Positions 28,910 to 38,142 of a DNA stretch of 64,000 bases are shown here, one piece after another (the first letter of the stretch is position 1; each line of letters begins with the position of its first letter). The notes under the pieces are model-generated. The model did no database searches. It saw only the letters and a program-made list of their open reading frames with translations, and was not told where the DNA came from. The DNA comes from Spirochaetia bacterium. Its GTDB lineage: Bacteria; Spirochaetota; Spirochaetia; DSM-27196; Salinispiraceae. Where the stretch lies: positions 1 to 64,000 of the forward strand of contig JBBRCZ010000009.1 of assembly GCA_038204425.1 (NCBI GenBank), given 5' to 3'. Position numbers and translations under genes: made by a program.

Positions 28910-30874
28910 TTAGCAACCAACTGCATAATTTCGATCCACTTCCAAATTGTACTTTTTCTCTGTTAGCAAATCCCCAATTGACTCCTCAACGCTCCAAGTG
29001 CTACTTGATGAATCAAAGCCAAAAGCAGAATAAAACCATTCTCTTTCAGAATCTGACGGATGGCCAATATTCAATGTAATTTTTTCAATCTTTATATAAT
29101 ATACTTTGCCCGTTAAATCTAAAACTATAGATTGCCCTTCATTGCGATCAATCAGATTTTGCAATAAGCGACCTTCGAGTAAAGAAAAATTATATAGTTC
29201 TGCCTTAGTAGCTTTTATATTAGCTGGCAAGCGAATTTCTGTCGCTTTGTAATCGCTAAAATTAGCGCCATGCCTAGCGTGTATTTCCTTTTTTAGTAAC
29301 ACTAACCAATCTAGTCCTTGATTGGTTAGTGCTTGCTTCAAATAGTATGGAGCTTGATAGTCTTCTTTAGTATACAAATAGCTATCAGTGGCGCCCTTGT
29401 ACGCTTTATGCTCAAAATACATAATAATTTTTTCTCGATCGCTTTGCAGATCATTAATTTGTTTTACTATTTCGGGATCGATAGCACTCAATGCCCACAT
29501 ATTTTGGGAACTATAAACATAGCCAAAAACCGTCGTACTCTATTCGTTTAAGATATAATATGTTGTACCCTAAAACCGGTATGGCGCTCACATTATCTGG
29601 AAGGCTAGTTTTTTGGGAGTCTAAAATATCTATCCACTCACGATATTTTAACGTTAATAGGAACTTTGTAGTAGTTTTCACTAGAGTAAATTTCCGAGTC
29701 CGCACTATACTCCTTATTTGAAAGCCAGGTGCTAACTTGAGAATAGTCATAGCTACCCTCTATTGAACTGATAAATTCGGCATTGATGCTGGCAATTTTA
29801 TTTACCTCACTATTGAGGATAGTAACCTTAGAATCGGGCTTGTACCATTGGGCAGCTTGGTAAATAAGATTTAGATTAGGGTTTGTAAAAACATAGCCTT
29901 TTCGGGCAAAAATTTCGTTGCCGAGCATCATGAGGCCAGAAACACCAAAATCCAACAACGCTTCTTCTACTTCAGCCGGCACAGTCAACATCTCCTGAGT
30001 ATACGCAACACTTTCGCCCTTATACTCGCGTTGGGAAAGAAAATCGCCAATTACTTGCAGACTCCCCTCCCAATTTCTCAGTAGCCTGTCTTCTTGTGAG
30101 TAGTTTATTGATAACGCTGCATAGTCATTTTTACCAAACGCTATGAGTTTCTCTACAAATAGTTCGCGACCACCTTTGACCGTGCTCATCAGCCCCCATT
30201 GCCCAAACCAAAATAGAGGCACTTTTGTTCCTAATGATCATTTCTATGTCAGCCATCGACCATTCTGAAAGGTAAGCCCGACGCTCCGAATTACTCAACA
30301 TTTTTACAAAGTCATGCCTTATTGCATAGTCTTTAATACTTGTTTGGTTCTTTTCTATTGCAATTTTAATATACTCATATAGCTCAATTTCATCCGCAAC
30401 ACCGTATTCAACAAGTTAATAAAAGATAGCTGCGAGACCCAGCGAATCATCACCAAGCGACCTAAAGAATTGGGAATAGGTCATCGCGGGTTTTGTTTTT
30501 AAATCATGGGCTATTAGAGCTTTGACAATCCCCAAAAGGTTCGGTGACTTATTTTTTGAATAGTAGTCTAAAACATCTATTGTTTCGTTCCATGCCAGCG
30601 ATTTTTGATTGATCGCTAAGCGTTGAAAAGAATCGATCAAATCATTATCAATAAATATTTTACTCAATTCAAAAAAGCTATGGCCTAAGTCTTCTGCGCT
30701 CTCATTCTTCTCAACAGCTTCGCGCAACTTCGGAAGTTGATCTTGAGTTAAAGTAACTTCAATTGACCAATTTAATTCGCTTTGCGCTTGTTCGTTTTGG
30801 TTGCAAGCGCCAAACAATAAAAGCACAACAAATCCTGCAACAAGACGAATAATACAGTTATTCAATTTTTCCAT
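28910..30874 (-). pseudogene. Lipoprotein with two YARHG-like domains and an SH3-like segment, broken into pieces
   Basis: Lipobox FGAC; in-frame TAA at 30416 followed by ~95 further codons; frame switches near 30190, 29645 and 29525; NEIFARKGYVF..WYKP and EIHARHG motifs. Confidence 0.7.
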
Positions 30875-31091
30875 GTACTTAGCTCAATTGATTGTTTTTT
30901 CTAAAACGAGTTTGTTTCGTCAAATAGATGCCCAATATGAACAGATTTAGTCTTTGATGCTATTGATGTTTTGTAGGTTGCCAATTGACAACCAATTAAG
31001 TAGTCTGGTCAGATTTGAGGAAGGATAGCATGCACAAAATGAGCATTGCAGTGCTATCGTTGGATTTTTTTTTCGTCGGCTTGTCGCAATC

Positions 31092-31850
31092 ATGTTACTG
31101 ATATTTCCTCTCGTAGGATTGAATAGCAAAGAACCCGACAAAGCTGCGTATTCAAATTTTTTTACACTTCAACAGTTACCTGATTTTTCTTTTGAGGCAT
31201 TAATAAGCGCTTATCCAGATTTCAATTTTGAGCGAGCGCAAGGAAATCTTCTTTTTCCTGACGGAACGGCGATTCCCTTTAGTGATGGACTGGCAAAAAA
31301 TCGAGCAAGCTTTTTGGAAAGCCCAGATACATTTGACATGTTTTTTTACCGCTATCCTAGCCGGAGCTATAAAAACAGTGGTGCTTTTAACTTCCCCGGC
31401 GCAACAATAACCCTTCCAGCAACTATTCCCTTCCCGGTGGATCCAGGTAGGATCAGGAATGAAAATTTCTTCTTAAGAATGTATGGTTCGACCGAAAAAA
31501 TAGTAAGAAATAGACTGGCCCCGGTAAAATTTATTCCATCCGCCAAAGGGCCGACGCTTTGGGTCACTACAGTCAATGGCGTCAACAAGGCTTTTAAAGC
31601 TGTTTCTGATGAACTGGACAAGATTCCAAAGTTTCGCGCGTTTGAGTGTGCATTCCTTTGGCGCAGCCATCGATATAAACGTCTCAAAGTCCAATTATTG
31701 GCGTTACGTCGTCCACGATGAGACTGCCAGGTGGCGTATAGAAACCAAATTCCTGCTAAGATTGTGGAGATATTTGAACGCCATGGGTTTATTTGGGGTG
31801 GCTGGTGGTATCACTTTGATACCATGCACATTGAATACTTCGATCATTGA
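31092..31850 (+). pseudogene. M15 family (D-Ala-D-Ala carboxypeptidase-like) peptidase, frameshifted and deleted
   Basis: DPGRIRNE.FF.RMYG in one frame, RLSVHSFGAAIDIN in a second, IVEIFERHGFIWGGWWYHFDTMHIEY in a third. Confidence 0.85.
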
Positions 31851-32014
31851 TGCGGTGATTGATAGGAGTTCTGCTTGATAGAACATATTTCATCCATATT
31901 TAATCGTCCTCACTCCCAACATGACTCTGGGGCAGCTCTATCTTTGGTGCAGCAGCCTTGCAGAAACTCAATAGAAACTGGTGCCAGAGACACACTCAAT
32001 TAAAAGGAAAGAAT

Positions 32015-34585
32015 ATGAACGAACGAGAGATTAGTCTTCTTAAGGGACTTTCAAAAAGTGAGGTTGACGAAAGAGTCAAACAATTTGGATATAACGAATT
32101 AAAGGATACGTCGAAACGAAGCATCTTTAAAATAATTCTATTGGTATTCGCCGAGCCGATGTTTTTATTACTGCTTGCCTGTGGCGTCATCTACCTGATA
32201 GTTGGTGAGCCCAACGATGCAATTATACTGCTCGGTTTTGTGCTGATCATGATGGTGATTACGGTTGTGCAGGAGGGTAAAACTGAGCGGACGCTTGATT
32301 CGTTGCGCCATCTGGCCAGCCCGCGCGCTTTGGTTATACGGGCAGGGGAGCGCACCAGCATCGCCAGTCGCGAACTGGTTCCTGATGATTTGGTGGTGAT
32401 AGCCGAGGGAGAACGAATTAGCGCGGATGAATCGCTTTTAAGTGGCGAATCTGTACCAGTGCGCAAGCAAGCAGTTGAAACCATGCAAGACGCCAAGTCA
32501 GATATGGTTCGCCCGGGTGGTGAAGATAGTCCGTGTGTGTATGCCGGATAGTTGATTGTTTCCGGTCAGGCGCTGATGTGTGTTAGATCCATTGGTGAGA
32601 CTTCGGAAATGGGGCGCATTGGCGCCGCACTTGGATCGGTAAAAGAAGAATCGACCCTTCTTCAGAAAGAAACAGGCCGCATTGTAAAGACAATTTTTAT
32701 CATTGCGATAATTTTGTGTACACTTGTTGCGGTTTTATTTGCCTTTACCAGGTCAAATGTCAGCGGCACTCCGGACTGGTTAGGCGGCATCTTGGCAGGA
32801 ATTACCTTAGCTATGGCAATTTTGCCCGAAGAATTTCCTGTGGTGCTGACCATCTTCTTGGCATTGGGTGCTTGGCGAATTTCACAAAAGAATCTACTTG
32901 CCCGTAAGATGAGCGCCGTAGAAACCTTGGGAGCTGCCACGGTATTGTGTTCCGATAAAACTGGCACTATTACTCAAAATAAAATGAGCATTAAACGGCT
33001 CTGGTTAGAAGGGCAAAGTTGTAGTTTAAGCGATAGAGGTGATTTTATTTTGCCCGAAAACTATCATTCGCTAATAGAATGGGGAATCCTTGCTAGTCGC
33101 AAGGACCCATTTGATCCGATGGAAAAAGCGTTTGCTAGTCTTATTGAGAAAAAAGTTTTGGAGCAAGATCATGTGCATACTAGTTGGGACATAATCAAGG
33201 AGTACCCACTTAGCAAGGAGTTTTTAAGCGTCAGTAGTGTCTGGAAAACCAGCACAGGGGATCTAATGTTAGTCGCAGTAAAAGGTGCGCCTGAGACCGT
33301 GATGGATTTGTGTCATTTGCCCAAAGAAAGACTCGATCAAATTGGTGCTGAAGTTACCAAAATGGCCAGTGCTGGTTTGCGCGTTTTGGCTGTCGCAAAC
33401 GGAAAGACCGCCACGCAATCACGACTCCCAGAAAGCCAGCACGACTTTGATTTTGACTTTTGTGGTCTGGTAGGCCTCGAGGATCCGATCCGACCCGCTG
33501 TGCCAGCAGCCATCAGGCTGGCTAGTGAGGCTGGTATTCGCGTGGTGATGATCACCGGTGACTATCCGCAGACAGCCGCAAATATTGCTCGACAGATTGG
33601 GCTTGCAAACCCCGACATAGTCATTAGTGGCGCCGGTCTAGAAGCTATGGACGCGGAACAATTAGCTATAAAAATACGAGACTGTAACGTCTTTGCCCGT
33701 GTAAAACCAGAACAGAAAATGGCCTTAGTGCAGGCATTTAGAAGCAACGGCGAAGTGGTTGCCATGACCGGGGATGGAGTAAATGATGCACCCGCTCTCA
33801 AAGCAGCTCACATTGGCATTGCCATGGGGCAGCGCGGCACCGATGTTGCCCGTGAAGCCTCAAGTCTGGTACTTTTAAATGATGATTTTTCGTCGATTGT
33901 AGATGCTGTTCGCACCGGTAGACGGATTTTTGACAACTTAAAAAAGGCCATGGCATATATGTGAGCGTGCATATCCCAATCGCCGGCTTGTCTTTGTTGC
34001 CGGTTTTATTTGGCTGGAAAGAATCTATTTTGCTGCCAGTGCATATTGTGTTTCTGGAACTGATTATTGACCCGGCCTGCAGCATTGTTTTTGAAGGTCA
34101 GAGTGAAGAAAAAAATCTGATGCTGCGTCCGCCTCGCAAGACGACAGAGTCCCTTTTTGGCAGAAAAACATTGATCTTGAGTCTGCTTCAAGGTTTGGTA
34201 GGGCTTGGCTGTGTTGTTTTGGCCTACTTCCTGGCGTCATATGCTGGACTTGATTATCTCCAATCTTGCTCTAATTCTTTCTAACCGCTCTTGGTCGAAT
34301 GGCCTGATTTCGTCCTTTAAACAACCAAACCCGTCCGTACCATGGATAGTAGGTGGCGCAGCGCTTTTCTTGGTGTTCATAACAACCCTGCCATTCCTGC
34401 GCGGTTTGTTTCGCTCCTCGGCCATAACATGGCTCTGGGTGGCTATCCCGATTGGACTTGGGCTGTTTTCGGTGGCATGGTTTGAACTTCTAAAATGGAT
34501 TATGCGTACAAGAGGACTTTCTTTGTTGCAAAGGGGACTGACCCCAAAAATTTTAACGAATATAAAAAGAAACTTGAAAAAATAA
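32015..34585 (+). pseudogene. Cation-transporting P-type ATPase (Ca2+-type), multiple lesions
   Basis: PEEFP, DKTGTIT, KGAPE, TGD, TGDGVNDAPALK; TAG at 32549-32551, short A-domain (ISADESLL), frameshifts near 33960 and 34250. Confidence 0.92.
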
Positions 34586-35057
34586 TACCGAACTTCTAAA
34601 GATAGATTATCTCGTTTTAACCCATGCGCATGATGATCAAGCGGGGTTTCTCAATCAATTTATAGCGTCTGCCTTTGTGAAAATGATGGGGCTTTTTGGG
34701 AAGGCTAAACGTCTGTATCCTGCTCTCGAAGTATTGAATAATAAGATACTGTTTGATGGTCACAATCAGCCGTTGCTGGCAAAAAATATTCCTGGTAAAT
34801 TAGTACAATTACTAGACCATACCACACATTCAATCGGTACAATAATAGACGGCAAAGCATCGTTTTGTGGCTATGATACGATGAATGGATTTCCAAGTAT
34901 TAATCGGAATATCATTTGGATCGAAAATCTTTCAGAATACAAAGAATCTCGGGATGTTATGATACAAGATCAGGCCGAGATGGTGTATCCAAGACATGGA
35001 GAATCTTTGCGTAAAGATGAACCAAAAAAATACAAAAACGAATTAAGAAAAAACTAA
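34545..35057 (+). pseudogene. Metallo-beta-lactamase-fold hydrolase remnant
   Basis: IDYLVLTHAHDDQAG (degenerate THxHxDH) at ~34602-34646, then DHTTHSIG, FCGY and YPRHG in the 34677-35057 ORF. Confidence 0.7.
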
Positions 35058-35093
35058 AAGTTATAAAATTAAAGGAACCAAGATTCAACTAGC

Positions 35094-35487
35094 TTATAAT
35101 TCTGCCACATTGGATTGGCTAAAATCATTGCCTTTGAATAACAATGCCTGATTGCTGACTTTAGAAAGCGCGCAACTGACGCAATCACCTATATTTAATG
35201 CTGCACAGGATGGCCACCTTTTCCTTAGCGGCGCCAGGCATCGAGTGCGACTTCGGCTTGCGAACTATCAAAGCCCATAAGTTCAATGTTGGCGTTGCTT
35301 ATCAGTGTAGAATGGCCCTTTGATCCAGCCGACCCATGCGTGCTTCAATGACCATTGCGCTTTCTAAAAAGCTAAATGTGCTCAAGTGTTAGGTCATCAA
35401 GCTGCTGTTGGTTATGCTATAGCCACCTTTGAGAGAAATTTTGCGCGCCAACTGTTCAACCGCGCTACAACGCAGTCCCAAAGCCAT
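35094..35487 (-). pseudogene. Decayed VapBC toxin-antitoxin pair (VapB start fused by deletion to VapC 3' half)
   Basis: GGAGG-ATG MALGLRCSAVEQLARKIS (VapB-like); then FLESAMVIEAR, IELMGFDSSQAEVALDAWRR*GKGGHP/ALNIGDCVSCALSK...LLFKGNDFSQ (VapC PIN). Confidence 0.85.
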
Positions 35488-35550
35488 AGGAACCTCCGTA
35501 TACGCGATGTTTTGTTGATTTAGTCCATAGCTTAGTCGTACTGTTGACAA

Positions 35551-35778
35551 ATGCAAATAAACATACATGAGGCAAAGACCCATTTTTCGAATTTGATTGA
35601 ACGAGCCATGGAAAGCGAAGAAATAGTTATTGCAAGAAATGGGCACCCTTTGCTCAAGTTTACTCCTTGTGTGCCCTTGCCAAAGAAAAGACTTAAAGGT
35701 TTATCAGCAGCTGGTGGCTCAATAAGTTCAGATTTTGATGCACCATTAACTGACAATGTGTTGAGAGAATTTGAGTAA
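35551..35778 (+). CDS. Phd/YefM family antitoxin
   Basis: MQINIHEAKTHFSNLIERA...EEIVIARNGHP, DFDAPL; TAATG coupling to the toxin. Confidence 0.93.
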   Translation: MQINIHEAKTHFSNLIERAMESEEIVIARNGHPLLKFTPCVPLPKKRLKGLSAAGGSISSDFDAPLTDNVLREFE

Positions 35779-36107
35779 TGAAACTACTACTCGATACACA
35801 TACATTTTTATGGTGGGCTCTTGAGCCAGAAAAATTACCAGAAAGAGTCTGTGGTGTACTCGAAGATCCTGCAAATCAGATATTTTTTAGCACTGTTTCG
35901 TCTTGGGAAGCACAAATAAAGCTGGGTCTTGGAAAATTGCTTCTGAAAGTTAGTCTTCAAAGCATTATAATGCGAGAAATAGAACAAAATGGATGGGATG
36001 TACTGCCGGTAACTCTATCACATACGTGGGCTCTATCTAATCTGGAACCACTGCACAAAGATCCACTTATTCAGGCCTATCAAAATGTTGATTGGTTTTG
36101 GGGATGA
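35778..36107 (+). pseudogene. vapC: VapC (PIN) toxin, C-terminally truncated
   Basis: MKLLLDTHTFLWW, STVSSWE.QIK..LGKL, LHKDP, then homology ends (no FDR..IAQA..E...D tail). Confidence 0.8.
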
Positions 36108-36251
36108 TCGAAAGGGCACTTGCATTATTGAAATCTTCAAAGGGTATGTTTCAAAGTCACTGATTTTACTTCACTGATCCACTTATTATTTTTTTTAGAA
36201 TAGAATTAAAATCCACCTCTAATCGGTAGTAGAAAGTGGAGGATCCATTCT

Positions 36252-37190
36252 ATGCCACATTCGCCACTGACTGAAGATCGGGTTTTTCGCTTTGTTTTTG
36301 GGCAACCCGAGGGTTTGCCATTGCTGGAAAGCATGATCAACGCCTTCTTTGAAGCAGCTGGGATCCAAAAAGTACACCAACTGGAACTCATGACCAGTGA
36401 AGTTTATCCAGAACAAAATGACGATAAACTGCCAATCCTTGATGTAGTCGCAAGGGACGAAAGCGGACGCACTGTCAACGTCGAGATTCAGACAGCCAGT
36501 AAAAGTTCCCATTTTGAACGTAGCTTATTTTATTGGGCCCGCTTGTATAGCAAGCAATTGTCAAAGGGCGAGGAGTACACGGAGTTGCGGCCAGTATATT
36601 CTCTTAACTTATTAGAATACGAGATATCTAAAACTGCTCAATGGTTGCATTACTTTAGATTACCCCATACTGATCATATGGGCTTTGTTTTTGTGGAGCT
36701 TAAAAAATTGCTTAAGACAATGGGACCTGATCCAAGTAAATGGAAGGTCCACAAAAAACACTTGCACAATGCCATTTTTTGGGGCACCTTTATTGAGAAG
36801 CCTGAACAAGAACTGGCTCAAAAGCCAAATGAATTGACACCAATCCTTGTTCAAACCAGAAAGCGTATGGAGGGTTTTATGGCATTAACCGCAGAAGCAT
36901 ATCGCGAAATTCGGCGAGACATTATTGAGCATGATATTGCCCAACTCAAACATGACGCCCGCAAAGAGGGGCTGGCGGAAGGAAAAGCGGAAGGAAAAGC
37001 GGAAGGAAAAGCGGAAGGAAAAGCGGAAGGAAAAGCGGAAGGAAAAGCGGAAGGAAAAGCGGAAGGTATTGCTGAGGGACACATCAAATCCAAAGCCGAG
37101 AAGCTATCCATCGCCAAAAAACTCTTGGCAGAAGGCCTTAGCCCGCAAAAAGTTGCAACAATAACGGGCTTAAAAGAATCCCAGATCTAA
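36252..37190 (+). CDS. Rpn family recombination-promoting PD-(D/E)XK nuclease
   Basis: D.VFRFVFG, DKLPILDVVARD....VNVEIQ, ERSLFYWARLYSKQLSKGEEY.ELRPV, FVELKK, EG(K/I)AEG repeats, IAKKLL.EG....VATITGL. Confidence 0.93.
   Translation: MPHSPLTEDRVFRFVFGQPEGLPLLESMINAFFEAAGIQKVHQLELMTSEVYPEQNDDKLPILDVVARDESGRTVNVEIQTASKSSHFERSLFYWARLYSKQLSKGEEYTELRPVYSLNLLEYEISKTAQWLHYFRLPHTDHMGFVFVELKKLLKTMGPDPSKWKVHKKHLHNAIFWGTFIEKPEQELAQKPNELTPILVQTRKRMEGFMALTAEAYREIRRDIIEHDIAQLKHDARKEGLAEGKAEGKAEGKAEGKAEGKAEGKAEGKAEGIAEGHIKSKAEKLSIAKKLLAEGLSPQKVATITGLKESQI
36879..37190 (+). CDS. Putative intragenic small protein (RpnS-like antitoxin), 103 aa, in frame with rpn
   Basis: GGAGG at 36869-36873, 5 nt before in-frame ATG 36879, at the nuclease/C-terminal domain boundary. 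Confidence 0.6.
   Translation: MALTAEAYREIRRDIIEHDIAQLKHDARKEGLAEGKAEGKAEGKAEGKAEGKAEGKAEGKAEGIAEGHIKSKAEKLSIAKKLLAEGLSPQKVATITGLKESQI
36975..37066 (+). repeat. Perfect 12-bp tandem repeat (gcggaaggaaaa x7 plus partial) encoding AEGK
   Basis: Counted directly: seven full units 36975-37058 plus gcggaagg. Confidence 0.97.
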
Positions 37191-37588
37191 TCCCTTAGCT
37201 TAGAGCCACGCTGTGTCAATATATTTGTCATGGAGAATGTCTCAGAGCATAACAGTGGGCACATCTAGCTTTATATTCTTGACCTGATAGGGGCTTTTTC
37301 GAAATAATTTTTTCTGGTTTGAAACCACTATACGAAGATACCATTGCTGAATTCCATGCCAGAGTGTCTTGGTTTTGGGACAAAAACTGCCCAAACTAAC
37401 GCGCGTTGTTCCCAGCATTTCAGATCGCACTATTTTTGAACATAATGCTTGGACAGTCAGCTTGCAGATCATACCTAAGACCATAGACCAACTTTAGCAA
37501 TTGATTTTTGGCCCTTGACAGGCATATCGGCTTGAATTAGCGTTATGAGTGACGAGCGGTATTGTAGATTTTCCTGAGGAGGAATTGG

Positions 37589-37963
37589 ATAAAAAAATTA
37601 GTAATTTTGGGTTTGTTTTTGGTTCTTGGCGCAATATCTTTGAGTGCCCAAGCCTTCGACTTCACTTTAGTGAACAAAACTGGATACGCTATCCAGCAGG
37701 TGTTTTGCTCACCGACTGGTGCAGACGATTGGGGCGATGACGTTCTGGGCGAAGACATTTTGAAGAACAAAGAAAGTGTAGAGATCACATTTGATGCGTT
37801 GTACGAGATCCTGCTTTTAGCTTTCGACGTTGATAAGTATGACATTATGGTGGTCTATGAAGATGATTCTACCGATGAATGGGCTAACATTAAACTTGAA
37901 GAAATAAGTGAATTGACCCTTGCATTGGACCGAAGAGGCAACGGAGTCGCCACATTCAAATAG
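37589..37963 (+). CDS. Small secreted acidic beta-sandwich protein (hypothetical)
   Basis: GAGGAGG RBS, then ATA-KKLVILGLFLVLGAISLSAQA signal peptide; mature FDFTLVNKTGY.I..VF.SP...DDWGDDVLG. Confidence 0.8.
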   Translation: MKKLVILGLFLVLGAISLSAQAFDFTLVNKTGYAIQQVFCSPTGADDWGDDVLGEDILKNKESVEITFDALYEILLLAFDVDKYDIMVVYEDDSTDEWANIKLEEISELTLALDRRGNGVATFK

Positions 37964-38019
37964 TGGCAAGCAGTGCCACATTTAAACAATGGCAAGCAGT
38001 GCCACATTTAAACAATGGC
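37964..38019 (+). repeat. 26-bp tandem duplication with internal mini-hairpin
   Basis: tggcaagcagtgccacatttaaacaa x2 (37964-38015) plus tggc; degenerate third copy in the gene end (37936-37963). Confidence 0.9.
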
Positions 38020-38142
38020 GTTCAGACCCCCCTGTGTATGTGCATGGTAACCCACCCCATCAAGGGGGGGGGCTTATTGTTGCTCAAATAATGGTCATAT
38101 TTGTCTTCTTGCTATACAACTTCCGCGCTTTTGTATCACACT

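Noticed and set aside
31880..32014. Metal-sensing riboswitch upstream of the P-type ATPase
   Set aside because: Only a weak CTCTGG/CCAGAG pairing; no yybP-ykoY or M-box consensus recognisable.
36851..37164. Low-complexity ORFs (SAFP, FRFS, KEKR repeats)
   Set aside because: These are alternative-frame readings of the 12-bp repeat inside rpn.
36252..37190. rpn as an IS/transposon
   Set aside because: No terminal inverted repeats were seen; the family is labelled a putative transposase but is not shown to transpose.
37242..37484. 80-aa minus-strand ORF after rpn
   Set aside because: No motif recognised in the frames I read; possibly decayed sequence.
37936..38019. Possible mini CRISPR array
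   Set aside because: The units are directly adjacent with no spacers, and there are no cas genes.
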